Below are positions 12,995 through 26,242 of a stretch of 64,000 bases of DNA, one piece after another. Under the pieces are notes generated by a model, which was not told the DNA's origin, made no database searches, and saw only the letters and a program-made list of their open reading frames with translations. How positions within the stretch are numbered: position 1 is the first letter of the stretch; each line of letters begins with the position of its first letter. A program made the translations under genes and the position numbers. The DNA is from Paraspadella gotoi (lineage: Eukaryota; Animalia; Chaetognatha), in the NCBI GenBank assembly GCA_051294375.1, contig CM119268.1, positions 18,607,889 through 18,671,888 of the forward strand. The letters run 5' to 3'.

Positions 12995-13143
12995 GTACAT
13001 CGTGGGTTCCCTCATGCGCCAGGATTCCGGTGCGGAGATTTGTCCCCGCGCGGCGTCGACGCGTCTTGTGACGGGCATCTGGTGGTTCTTCACTCTCATT
13101 ATGATCTCGTCCTACACGGCCAATCTAGCCGCATTTCTTACGG
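12995..13143 (+). CDS. iGluR exon, M2 pore loop and M3 ([23 protein letters not shown]...[21 protein letters not shown])
   Basis: ttaag acceptor, phase 2 in; GTAAGT donor at 13144, phase 1. SYTANLAAF gate motif. Confidence 0.97.
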
Positions 13144-15469
13144 GTAAGTCTGAGTGAGTCAGTGAAGCAAATTAGGTATGTATTTAATATTTGAAGTATG
13201 ATTTTAAAAAAAAGCCGACATTTGAATTAAAAAATTTTGGTCATTGCCAAAAAACTTTATTCGTTTCTCCGTTTCTCCGTCTGTCCGTACGTCTTTATAT
13301 TAAGTCAACACGTGCTATAATATCTAGAAATAAAATATTTCCGTTCCTTTCCTCATCTTCTTTGAGAATCTCAATGCCTTAAAATGACCCAGTTTTCTTT
13401 GAAACTTCCTTTTTCCTTTCCTTTTCACCACCCCTCGCCTCTTTTCTTCCCGCCTTTCATTCTCCCCTTGTTTATTGGCCTTTCAGTCCTGGGCGTTGCT
13501 TGCTCGGAGTCCGACCAACCATTTTCTTTTTTCTTTTTAGATTTTTTTTTTATTCTCTGGTTCTTTTTTTACTTATTGATCCGCTTATTCTTTTCAATCT
13601 CCTTTATCCATCTCCTCTTCCTCATTTTCTTCTTCCTCCTCCTCCTCTTCCTTCGTCTCTCGTCATAAGCGTCAAAGCGACGGTCAAACGATTGAATGAT
13701 TGCACCTCAACGACCTAAAAGCGAAAAGAGACAGATGGTGTGGTCTTTGCCAATAGCGCAGATGGTGCAGGTGGCCGAGAAGGCGTTGCAAGAAGCAGTG
13801 AGCGAAGGTTGAATTGGAGGAAGGATCAAAATATGGAGAAAAAAGGAATGTGAACGAAATATAGAGACATCGCCATATAAAAGCCGAAAATTGCAATGCA
13901 AAGAGAAACGAATTGATTGCGACTAGATCGTGAGACAACGAGATGCGATAAACTGAAAGGGCGTTCCATGAGGCAGAGAAGACAACGGGGGTGAGAAAAA
14001 AAGGGAGGCCTCGAATCGGTGATGGTTCCAACGGGGGTCATTAGTTGAGTCGGTTCCTGACAGGATTTGCAATGGCAATGGGAACTGAACAGGTTGATTG
14101 ATGATCGATTAATTCGAGAGTCAATCGACAGACTCTCTCACTCTCTCTCGTAATTCCTGCTCTTCTCTCTCTCTCCGAGGCATCGTTCTCCTTCGCATCT
14201 CTCAATCTCTCTGTCATTCTCTGCTCATTTCTCCTCTCTCTTCCGATCCTTCTCTCCGGTCTCTGCTCTCTATCCTCTCTCTCTCATCTCTCCTCTCTCT
14301 CTTCTCTCCTGATCCTGCTCTCTCTCTCTCTCAGCGCTCTCACTCTCTTTTTTAGGCTCGATTCAGTCAGGTCCCTTTTTTTGCATCTTTTTACTTTTTT
14401 TTCGCCAGAAATTCTATGGAATTTTTCTCCCTTTTATTTTCCCCTTTTTTTTCTTCTCTAGGTCCCATTCTCACATTGACCCTTCTTTTCTCTCTTCCTC
14501 GTTTTTCTTTTCCCTGACTTCCCCAACCTTATTTTCCTTTCTTTTTTTTCTTTTCCTTTCTTTCCTTTTCTTTTNNNNNNNNNNNNNNNNNNNNNNNNNN
14601 NNNNNNNNNNNNNNNNNNNNNNNNNNNNNNNNNNNNNNNNNNNNNNNNNNNNNNNNNNNNNNNNNNNNNNNNNNNNNNNNNNNNNNNNNNNNNNNNNNNN
14701 NNNNNNNNNNNNNNNNNNNNNNNNNNNNNNNNNNNNNNNNNNNNNNNNNNNNNNNNNNNNNNNNNNNNNNNNNNNNNNNNNNNNNNNNNNNNNNNNNNNN
14801 NNNNNNNNNNNNNNNNNNNNNNNNNNNNNNNNNNNNNNNNNNNNNNNNNNNNNNNNNNNNNNNNNNNNNNNNNNNNNNNNNNNNNNNNNNNNNNNNNNNN
14901 NNNNNNNNNNNNNNNNNNNNNNNNNNNNNNNNNNNNNNNNNNNNNNNNAAAGAAGAGAGATAGAAGATAACATTTCTCAGGGTTCCGGCACCAGACCACG
15001 CTATGATCGTCCTTCCACACCGCAGGCTAATCGATTCTCAGTGAATCCAAAAAACCTTAATGTCCCGCATTATTTTCGCGCCTTCATGTCCTGTCCTCAG
15101 AGTTTGCCCTCAGTCTGTTCCCAAGTGCCAGAACTAGGGGCAAAGGTCGGTCCATTGCAAACGGACGCATGATTACGGCCGAGGGGTGGATAGGCGGAGG
15201 GAAATAAAGGAAAAGGAAGGATAGACGGATAAAAGACTTCGGCCTCGACGAGACGGCGTCAATCAACGTCGCTCATCCGTCCTTAAACCAAATTCGCTTT
15301 TCTTCCTTTATTTTCCTTTTTTCCTTTTTCTTTATTCTTTATTTAGCTCTGATCTACTTTTCCTTTCAATCCCCGGATGTAAAAGGAAAAAGGTTTTGTG
15401 AGTGGAGGTCGAGGTTAACCTAGTTTGTCCTTGAGATCTGGAAGGCTTGACTGATCATTAGTTCTGTCT

Positions 15470-15706
15470 AGTTTTACTGACTGTCGATGCATTGTTTTAC
15501 ATGTATTACATATGAGTGTGTGGTCCTTTTATACAATTGAAATTCTGTGAAATATCATACCACTTCATTGATGGGGAAGCCAGGTACTCTGGGAGTCAGT
15601 AAACGAGAATGTGAGAGAATCTTGATTAAAAGCCTTCAGGAGCCTGTTATGTGATGGAGGCCTGTCCAATTATTAATTAAATCAATGGATAATTTTATAT
15701 TGGTTG
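15470..15706 (-). mobile_element. Partial inverted copy of MITE family A
   Basis: Reverse complement of 11045-11155; ends GGATAATTTTATATTGGTTG|TA. Confidence 0.7.
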
Positions 15707-18328
15707 TACCAATTATATATTACTTATCATAGCTTTGCTTCAGTTTTGTGGCTATATTTGACTTGATAAATTTAATTTTTCTCATTGGGGTCAAAGTTGT
15801 TAAAATAAGATAAATTGTAATTCGGTTTTTGGTTCCAGGGTCGAAAATGATTGACGGACCAATCAGCAAAACGGAGACGAGGATCGCGAATTGATTGACA
15901 CTTCATGTCGGATTGACTGACTAAGACTAAGACTTATTAAGAACTTAAAAAGTAAAAAAGTTTCTACATATCACTTTCTATCTGCTGCACCCAATTTAGA
16001 GACCATTTTATTACCTTACTCCTTTTTATCTTTTGCTTCTTTACCTTTCCTTTCCTTTCCTTTCCTTTCCATTCCTTTCCATTCCTTTTCTTTCCTTTCC
16101 TTTTTTCCTTTCCTTTCCTTTCCTTTCCATTCCTTTTCTTTCCTTTTCTTTTCTTTTCTTTTCTTTTCTTTTCTTTTCTTTTCTTTTCTTTTCTTTTCTT
16201 TTCTTTTCTTTTCTTTTCTTTCTTCTCTTTTATGCCTCTCCTTTCCTTTCCTTTCCTTTCCTTTCCTTTCCTGTTTTCTTTTAGGTATTTCCTTTACGTT
16301 TCATTCCGTTTCCTTTCCTTTCTTTTCCTTTCCTTTTCTTTCCTTTCCTTTCATNNNNNNNNNNNNNNNNNNNNNNNNNNNNNNNNNNNNNNNNNNNNNN
16401 NNNNNNNNNNNNNNNNNNNNNNNNNNNNNNNNNNNNNNNNNNNNNNNNNNNNNNNNNNNNNNNNNNNNNNNNNNNNNNNNNNNNNNNNNNNNNNNNNNNN
16501 NNNTTTTTTATTTTCCCTTTTAAGTCACTAAATAAAGGAAAGCAAAAGCGAAACCAGTCATCCTCCTATTTCTACTTCTTTTCATTTTTACTCTTTCTTT
16601 TTTTCGTTTCCTCTACTTATATTTTTCCTTCCTTTTTTCCCCTTCTCTCTGTTCCTCTTTCTTCTTTTTCCTCTTTTTCCTCTTTTTTCTCTTTCCNNNN
16701 NNNNNNTTCTTTTTCCTTCACCTTTTTTCGTCACTTTGCCATTTCTCTTTAAGAATAGATTCGGTTTTCCCCCATTACTCTTACTGTTCCCTTCCCCTCT
16801 CTCTCTTTCCTTCGTCAGTTCTTCTATCTTTATTCTCCCCTGTCTTTTCTTCCTATTTCTCACCTTTTTTTTATTCTCCTCCTCTCCCTTTCCTTGCTTT
16901 TGCTTCCTCCTCCCAATTTTTCATACTTCCTCCCCTCTTCCTTCCTCCCTCCTCTCATCCTTCCCTCCCCTCTCTTTCTTGTCTCCTCTTATCTTCCCCT
17001 CTTCTATTTTCCTCCCGCCACTAATCTTACCTTCCGTCGGCGGTCGCTTCGTCTTTAAAAAGCCAACAGTCCGCCTTCTAGAACCCTTATCCCTCTTTTT
17101 TTCCCTTTCCCATATTTCTCCTTCTCTCCTCTTCGTCTCGATTCCTCATCCTTCTCTCCTTCATCCTCCTCTCCTCTCAGGCTCCTCTCTCTCTCTACTT
17201 TCCCCCCTCTCACTCCCCTCTTCTCTCTTTTCTCCCTCTCTCTCCCTCTCCTCCTTCCCTTCCTCTAACACAAACACACACAACGTCATAGTCCCATGCA
17301 CGAACACACCACAAAATATAAGGGGATCCCTCGGCTCGTTCTCTATTCTCGAATCATTAGTCGGAAAAGGGCAGGGTCAAAGGTCAAACCGGTCAGCGAA
17401 GGGTCATGGCGTGTCAAAAAAGGGTCTAAAGGTCAAACTACCGTTCGCGGGTGACGCCCGGCCACCCGAAAATCGGATCTCGCGTCGGTGGAAGTTATTG
17501 GTTGGGGAGGGAAGGGGGGGTGAAAGGAAACCCCGTGGGGAGGGGGGAGAAAAGGAAGGGGGAGGGGGAGGCTGATCTCAGGAATGAAGAGGGATGAGGA
17601 GGTGAATTGTGAANNNNNNNNNNNNNNNNNNNNNNNNNNNNNNNNNNNNNNNNNTTTTTATAATCGTCTTTTTTTCCGCTCCAGGGTACCTAACCCTTTC
17701 TTTCATAACCCCTCTTTCACTCGTTTTTTTACTTTTAAATTCCTTTTTAACTCACAATACTATCAATGACTAAATTTAAATTAAACGTTTCCACTTAAAA
17801 AAATCATTCTCTCTTTTTTTATAAAATGACCTCAGCTTCTTTTCTTTTCAATTTTCACCCCCCCCCCGTTCACCCTCTTAAAACATCTCTCGCCCCGTTT
17901 TCATTTAGAGAGTGTTGTGTACTACTCAGTGGCTTCGCCGTTTCCTCTGGGCCGACGTCTGTTATTTTCATCGATTTTAATTCCAGACATAAGACAGCTT
18001 CAAGGTTTATCGGGGCAAAGTACGGAATTACGGCTTAATGAGGCTAAAAAAGAAGCATCAAAAATTAATGGGGCTCAAGAAAGAAAGAAAGACTCCTAGA
18101 ATCGAAGCTTAATGGGAAATAAGATAGCATCGAATCCTCTCGGAGTATAAGAAAGTGCATCGTAAACAGTCACTGAACAGCGTTACTGCATGAAGCTGCA
18201 TGAAACTGAAAGGGAAACTAAAGTCATAAAGAAAAAACACGTATTATCTGAGTGCGATGAAAAAAAAAACGAGTTTTGAACTTTAAAGTAATTAGTATGG
18301 TGGAATAAAATCCATCAACCGTTCATCA

Positions 18329-18515
18329 GCGGCCATTGGTGCCGGAGGCAAGTCATTCGCCTCCCAACCCAAAGGTCCGGGGTTCTAGCCCAGTGGTCAC
18401 CTAGCAGTTAAGAGGGACGGGGCACTTTACCCGCCTGTAACACGGTGTTACAGCCTGATCCAATGCTCAGGGACTGCTTATAATGAACGGTTCTGTCACT
18501 AACACATAACAATAA
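18329..18515 (+). mobile_element. tRNA-derived SINE-like element
   Basis: A-box-like TGGTGCCGGAGG, B-box-like GGTTCTAGCCC at 18381, internal hairpin ctgtaacac-g-gtgttacag, A-rich tail. No complete cloverleaf. Confidence 0.5.
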
Positions 18516-19314
18516 TCACTGTCTCTTCATTAGTAATAATAAAATTTTTAAGGCTCTACGGCGCATTCTCGCCACGTCCCCTTCCCATTTTTCGGCCCAT
18601 CGTTCAACCTTCTTTTGTAATTTCTCTGCTACTCAGTTCGTGATAGAGCTCTTCACTTTCACAATTGTTTTCACTGATTTACTCACTCAATGCATTACGA
18701 ACTTATTTATATATTTGTATATATATTTATATTTATATAGGAATCAGGAGCTAAGCTTATTTTGTTCTTCTAGAACGTTTCCACGAATCCAGTTACAACC
18801 AGACAATCTCATCTTTTTTTTTCTTTTCTTTTTTTTTCCCTTTTTTTTTCTCAGGTTGCGTTTCCTGGGTTTTCATTGTTTCACGCGTCACTTATTTCGA
18901 AAATTGAAACCTGATTTTAGACTTTTTCTGTTTTTTAAATAATTACTTTTTTCCCTATTTCCGTCTGTTGTCTTTAGTCACGGGTACCGCTGGGACTCAA
19001 TTTAGCATAGTTAAATGTAATAACATAGATAAAATAAATAATAAGTTCTTCAGCTATGAAAAGGGAAAGACTGAATGTTGAACGTTTTGTTTTGTATCTC
19101 AGTTTCTGCAAGTATTACCGTCTTAAGAAACAATGCGGGAATCAATTATTATCAAAATATTTATAGAAAGACAAACAAAAAGAAAGAGAAAGACAGAGAA
19201 AATACTTATTTACATAATGAATCGTTTGTAATCATCATTATTTTAGCTCCCTGATGCGTTTGTAAGTTTTTCAAAAAAAAAAAGATTAAAAACAAGTTAA
19301 GGAAAAGATATGCA

Positions 19315-19348
<34 letters not shown>

Positions 19349-20200
19349 AAATAACAGGTGAGCGACAAAAAAAATAGATTAAATGACGATAAAAAAAAAA
19401 TAGAGAGAGTAAGAAAGTAATAAAAAGAAAGACATGATTAAAGGAAGAAAGAGAAGAGTAAAAAGGCGTGGTTGTTAAAAAGAAAAAATAAGAAAGAAAA
19501 AAGGTTAAAGCGACTAAGGAGGGAAAAGGGAAGAGGAAGTGATGATGATAAAAAGAGAGGAGAGGAAGTGATAATGATAAAATGAGAGGAGAGGAAGTGA
19601 TGATGATAAAATGAGATGGGATGAAGATGATTGAAATAAGGATCGATAATAAAGATAAAAGCGAAGAATAAGAATAATATGGCTTTTCATTAAGATTGTA
19701 TGTAAGTAAATAAATTAAAATGGGGAGGAAGACGGATGAAACGAATAGCATTAGGGGTTCTAAATGATTGCATATAATGGAGGTGATTAGATAACGGTGA
19801 GGCGGGACTGAAGGTGAAGACGGGGTGAGGGTGATCAGGGGTAAAAGCGTGAGAGAGTTGTTGAGGCTTCACATCACCTTCGTTGGATAAACAATCGCGA
19901 CCCGCGAAAATGCATAAACAAAAAGAGTGAAGTGATTAAGAAGGACGGGGTGAGAAGGTGATCGGCACAGCGGATTTTATCTTGTGAAAAGTGAATCGAT
20001 GAATGAAGCTTTTCTCTTTTTTGCCACAACTCAACTCGTTCATTTCCTTAGATTAGCTTTTTTTATTATTCACAAGTGTCATTCTCCTTCACTGATAATG
20101 AATGCCTCATTACAAATGCGCCTTTCCCTCTCGCTCTCTCGCTCTCTCTCTCTCTCATATACTCTTTTCACGCCTAACTCTTTCCTTCATCATCTCTCCT

Positions 20201-20262
<62 letters not shown>

Positions 20263-20630
20263 TCTCTCTCATTCTCTCTCTTGTTCACTCTATTTCTGTC
20301 CACTGTCAGTTCGACTCCCCTGGATACGAACCTTTTATTCATTTCTAATCTGCGAGCATCATTGAGGAGAATAATAGAAGAGAGAACGAATAGAGAGATA
20401 GAGAGTTGCAGGAATAAAGAGATAGAGATGAGAGAAACGAAGAGAGAGGAGAGAGAGACGAGGTGAGAGTAGAGGAAAGAGAGAGAGAGAGAAGAGAGAG
20501 ATAGGAGAGAGAAGGAGCCAACTTCTTTCTATTTCGCATCTTTCTTTTGTTTTCGTTTTTAATTTATTTTTAAATCTTCATTGGTCCTTGAGAGACGCGA
20601 AGGCAACAGAGAGGAGAGAAGACATAGAAC

Positions 20631-20707
<77 letters not shown>

Positions 20708-21002
20708 GGAAAGAATTGTCTTTTGTTTTTGTAGCGAATTTCGTCGTCGTCGTCGCTATTGTTTTCCTTTTTATGTCCTGGTTTATGGCTTCTATAATTT
20801 CACGAAAAAGGAAAGAAAAGCAAAAATCTGGTTCATTATAAAAAAGAAAATATTAGCTGAGTATAAAATAAAATTTGACTCTTTTTTAATACTATGCGGT
20901 AATAAAAACATTCCACCGAAATGAGAGATAGAACGCCGACCGTTTTCAAAGTGGAGCAAGAAAAACACATTTGTAGTTCGTTACATATTCTTTCATCCGC
21001 AG

Positions 21003-21191
21003 TTGAACGCCTGGCCACGCCCATCGAGAACGCGGAAGACTTGTCCCGTCAGCAGGAGATCAGCTACGGAACTCTCCTTTCCGGTTCCACTATGTCATTT
21101 TTCAGAGATTCCAAGATCGAGACTTACATGAGGATGTGGAACGCGATGGTTAAGAGCGACCCCACTGTCTTCGTCAACAACACGAAAGAAG
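21003..21191 (+). CDS. iGluR exon, S2 (VERLATPIENAEDLSRQQEISYG...GSTMSFFRDSKIETY...)
   Basis: cgcag acceptor; GTGAGT donor at 21192; phases 1/1. Confidence 0.96.
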
Positions 21192-21542
21192 GTGAGTTGA
21201 TCTCTCGTTGGGGTCGACATCTGTGGGTGAAACTAAGAAATCGAAACTCGGACAAAGCACTACGAATCTTTGGAAAAAGTCATCGTTTAACAAAAATATA
21301 TGCGTAATTTGGTGTAATAATTAATTTTTAATTACTGAATCAGGCTTCGTCATTATCGACGTCTCCGCATTGGAAGAAATTGTGAAACTGAAAGTTAAAC
21401 GAGATTGTGCAGTTTAAGGGAAAAAATATCTTGGGAGAAAATCTCTTGCGAGCACAATTTTTTTCAGGAAGTCTTATTCGTTTTTAGAAAAGTAAAAAAT
21501 ACTCGAGTGCGTGTGAAATTCAAAGGGTTAGAAACTGGCTCG

Positions 21543-21626
<84 letters not shown>

Positions 21627-22056
21627 AGCAAAACGCGAATTGCAAATGAGAGAAAGGGGGAAAAGAACCTGCCAGGTTGGATCATAAAACGACGAAGATT
21701 CTTAAAGGAAAAAAGTTCAAAGCCTAAAAACTATTCAATGGAATTTCTAATGAAATCTTGGTTCAATTTTGGCACGAGAACCACTTTACCTATTTTCTTC
21801 CCGCGCATCTCCTTTTTTTCCTTTTTTCCCTCTTTTCATTCTTTTTTTTTCTTTTTTCTTTTTTTTTCACTTTTTCTATTCTCTATTTTACCTTCATCAT
21901 CTTGTAGATTTCAGAGTTTTTACATATAAATCAGTCGAACTGATAGAATTGCAGTGAAAAATAGTCGATGCGTGAAGGATGCGTAGGGAAAGGTTTGAAT
22001 GAATGAAGAAATGAATGAATGAATCAATTAATCAATCAATTATTGAATGAAGTATT

Positions 22057-22249
22057 GAATGAATGAATGAATGAATGAATGAATGAATGAATGAATGAAT
22101 GAATGAATGAATGAATGAATGAATAATTCAAGGATTTACTTATTTAATGATGAAAGGAATGAATGAATGAATGAATGAATGAATGAATGAATGAATGAAT
22201 GAATGAATGAATGAATGAATGAATGAATGAATGAATGAATGAATGAATG
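22057..22249. repeat. (GAAT)n microsatellites, two tracts
   Basis: Directly visible. Confidence 0.95.
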
Positions 22250-22364
22250 ACCGGCCCCTGTTTCGTGGTTCGAATGAAGGAAACGTCTGACTGATATCGA
22301 CAGAGACTCGATGCGTCCGATAAAACGAGAGAATCTCAAAGCGAAAACTCGGAAGGATTTAGGG

Positions 22365-22650
22365 CGACAGGGATGAGAGTGACAGAGGCTGACAAATATG
22401 AGGTTGACAGAGAGGACGGCGACAAAGATGAGGGATACAAAGAGGAGAGTGGGTGGGTGACACGTGACAACAAATATGAGGATGACAAAGAGGACGACAA
22501 GTATAAAGGTGACATGGGACGACAAATATGAGGCTGGCAAAGATAAGGGCGACAAAGATGAAGATGACAGAGAGGAGGGCAACAAAGATGAGGGTGACAC
22601 ATGGCGATAAAAATACGGGTGACAGAGAGGAAGACAAATGAGACAAAGAT
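22365..22650. repeat. Degenerate minisatellite, about 30 bp (gacaaagatgagggtgacagagaggagggc)
   Basis: Direct repeats; explains the overlapping spurious ORFs. Confidence 0.75.
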
Positions 22651-23844
22651 TAACGAAGAATGAAGAACGGAAGGTAGGGCGAAAAAGTAAAAAAATAAAG
22701 GAGTGAAAAGAAAAGTTTAAAAAGGAAGGAAATTTTAAAATAAAACCGAAAAAAAACGAGAGGGTAGGTGAGGGTAGGTGAAGGTAGGTGAGGGGAGGTG
22801 AGATTTTAGGAGACGAAAAAAAGTATCGACAAGTTTCCGAGAAAATCTTCTTCAAAAACGGAGATGGAAAAACGTTTGGATGAGAAGGAAAGAAAAAAAA
22901 GAAGAAAATAAATTCTATCGGACGAAAAAAAGAAGAAAAAGATGAAAGCGGAAAATCGAATGAAGAAGAAAAAAAGAGAAAAAAAATAGTTGGGGTTTTA
23001 AAAAACAGGAGGTAAAAGAGGAAAGGAAAGAGAACGAGGTGGAGGAATAATTACGAAAAGAATATTAAAAACTTGGCAGAGCGTTTGAAATTTATTAGGC
23101 TGAGATAAAGTATTAGTTGTACTAGCGAATTATATTTGATTGTAAATAATTAATACTACTTAAAATAAAGTATTTTTTTCTCGACGAAAGTGTGAGGCTC
23201 TGCGTAGGGAAGAGATAAAAAGGAAATAAAATCCCGGAAGGTGAGAACGATGCAATTTTCAAACAGATAGACAAATGATTAAATATCACAAAAGTTTTAT
23301 TTCATGTTAGAATTTTAAATTTTTGTAGTTTAAATCTGACGCGAACTAAAAAAAACTTATGATTTCTGTCTCTGAAAAATGTTGCTGAGGGAAATAAAAT
23401 GTCGACGTAAATTTGATTTATAAATATTAAAAAGCTGATGATATAAACCTCAAAATTAAAAAGAAAACAAAGAAAAAACGAACGAAGATAGAAAGATTAA
23501 AAAAAAGAGAAAATCTACTTCTTCCGCTCTAATTAACATCACTTTTCCCTCAGGTATAATAATAAACCTTTTATGTTAAAACTCTTTTTTCTGTCGACAA
23601 TATTTTTCCATTAGTCTCATTAAAAAGAGAAAAGGGAAAGAAACCTTCGCCAGTTTATTATTTATCTGCTAATTCTTTTTGGGGGCTGGAGTGGCGTGGG
23701 GAGGAGTTGGCGTAAGTAATGGGCGGGGGATGGGTGTGGTTGAGCCTTGTGGTGCTTATTCGATCGGAAGGTGTTGAAGTGGGCAGTAGAGAGCGAAACT
23801 CATCAGTAGACAAACAGGCGTTTTTCTTGACTTTTCAAAATGAG

Positions 23845-23900
<56 letters not shown>

Positions 23901-23986
23901 AGATGAGACGAGAGAGGAGAGAGAGAGAGAGAGAGAGAGAAAGAAAAGAGAGGGAGTAATGTATCTCATTCTTTCCATTCTCTAAG

Positions 23987-24078
23987 GAATCGACCGCGTC
24001 TTACGTGGTGACTACGCGTTTCTTATGGAAAGCACGATGAACGAATACACGCGACAATCTGATTGTAATCTAATGCAG
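23987..24078 (+). CDS. iGluR exon, S2 ([31 protein letters not shown]); GC donor
   Basis: Not in the ORF track; translated by hand. ctaag acceptor; CAG|GCAAGC donor at 24079, required for frame with the next exon. Confidence 0.93.
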
Positions 24079-24458
24079 GCAAGCAACGAAACATTTTTTA
24101 TCGTGTCCTTATTTGTAGTTAATATTATTTAAGAATAATAATTGGACGTAGCCTTGATTTTTCTTTTCGCTTGGGTGCTCGTCTACCTGAATCCCTCGCA
24201 GGTTTCCCTATACTATATTTTCATCTCATACCCAGAGGGGATGAAAAAAAACTGAGCTCTTGATGAATATGGCGCCTAAATATTTCACTTAATGGTTGAG
24301 AGTAGCTTAATGGAGTTTCAGATGAGAGAGAGAGAGCGAGCGAGAGAGAGAGAGAGGGAGATAGAGGCTTGGTGAGAATGTTCTTCATGATATGCAGCTA
24401 GACACACTCCGGACCACACCGATACAGAGAGAAGAGAGAGAGAGAGAGAGTAGAGAAG

Positions 24459-24494
<36 letters not shown>

Positions 24495-25170
24495 AGAAGA
24501 GAGAGAGAAGAAGAAGAGAGAGAGAGAGGAGAGAGTGATAAGAGAGAGAGAGAGAGTGAAAGAGAGATAGTGTGTGTGTTTGCTGGTACTTAAGAGGATT
24601 GAAAATTTCAAAATGTCAAAGATCATTCGACATCGTCAGAATAGGAAAGGAACAGTCAAAAACATATTTTTGTACAGGTTAAAGGTCCTAACTTAAATCG
24701 GAAATAGATGCAGCGCGAAAATTTATGTACAACATTAAAATATATTTATTATTTCAACGCTTAAAATACTACGAAAATTTAAGAGTCTTTCATGCTTTGC
24801 TTTGAAAATGAGGTTTATTTTTTTTAAATTTTACATATTCGATATTTCCTGGCCATTTACGGTCTCTTTGTACCTCTCGAACTGTTGAGTTTCCATCTAA
24901 TTTTCTCCACTCGTTAAGTGCAAAATTTACTTTTATTACATCCGAAATGTAATTTGTCTCTCGAACCGCTGAGTTCTTCTCTCCCGTCGACTAATTCATT
25001 TTCTCATTCATAAAGTTTTAATTAAATATTTTCCCCCACATCGTAATAAACGTCAACTCCTCACACGACTCGAGCTTAAAAATTACCGTTTAATTTAACC
25101 GTTTTTAATTAATTAACAGTTACTTTTTGTAAAGTTTGAATTCTTAACTGAGCCACATTCTCGACTCAAG

Positions 25171-25284
25171 GTCGGTGGCCTCCTCGACGCCAAAGGCTAC
25201 GGGATCGGGACTCCGCGCGACTCTCCCTTCAGGGACAGAATCACCGACGCCATCTTGAAATTGCAGGACCAACAGATTCTGCAG
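25171..25284 (+). CDS. iGluR exon, S2 (VGGLLDAKGYGIGTPRDSPFRDRITDAILKLQDQQILQ); GC donor
   Basis: Translated by hand. tcaag acceptor; CAG|GCGAGT donor at 25285, phase 0, joins DLYNRWW. Confidence 0.93.
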
Positions 25285-26186
25285 GCGAGTCGTCGTCGTC
25301 GTTGTCGTTATCATTACATACGTTGATTATAATATTCGATGTCATTTTCAAAATTTTTGAAAAAAAAAAAAATTGCAAGTTCCGATAAAGAGACCGGAGC
25401 TGTGTTGCGGCTTTTTGTTCTTTCTTTGTAAAAAGCTTCTTTTGTTTAAAAAAAGAGAAAAGTAAAGTATAAAAACGTCCCAAAAAAGGAGAACCAAGTC
25501 TGAATAAGTATATTTATTTATTCAAATAAAAAAAAATATGAGAAAAAACAAAAGGAAATCGCGCGGAAGAAAATGGAAAAGCGGAAGAAAAATAAACAAA
25601 GAGGAAGAAGAAGAATCTCAGTCGTGACTAGAGATGGTTGAGTTTTGTCGCCGTCACGCGTCTCAGCATCCCTTTACGACTCATTTATATCCTTATTATT
25701 ATTATTAGGTTCGAATATGCTTGTCTTGTTTTTAGTTTATAGTAAAAAATCCAATAAATAATGAAATAATCAGCCTTTCTTTCAAAAATGAGAACAGGAT
25801 GACGAACAACTATTGAGAAAAAACGAAAAAGAAAAGAGAAAATAAAAAGAACCCAGCGGATCAAGTCGCAGCGACTCTGGATTCTTTCTTCGAATGCATA
25901 ACAAATTCGGTTTTCGCAATCTTTGCCCATGTGGTGCCAGACTTTGAACTTCACATTTCCGAGAAATGAAGACTTATGTTGTTTCAGAGAATTTTGAGTT
26001 TGTTTCAGTTTTCGATTTACATTTCAAAGATTTCGATTTTCCGATACGTGCTTCAGAAGCAAATAGTTTGAATTTGTTATAACGAACAGTGCTAAACTTA
26101 AGCATAAAAATAGAACAAAAAAGTTGGTATTTTTTAGTTTTTTAGGCAATTTTTTTTATTTGTGTCTCTCTTTCAGTCTCTCTCTT

Positions 26187-26242
<56 letters not shown>

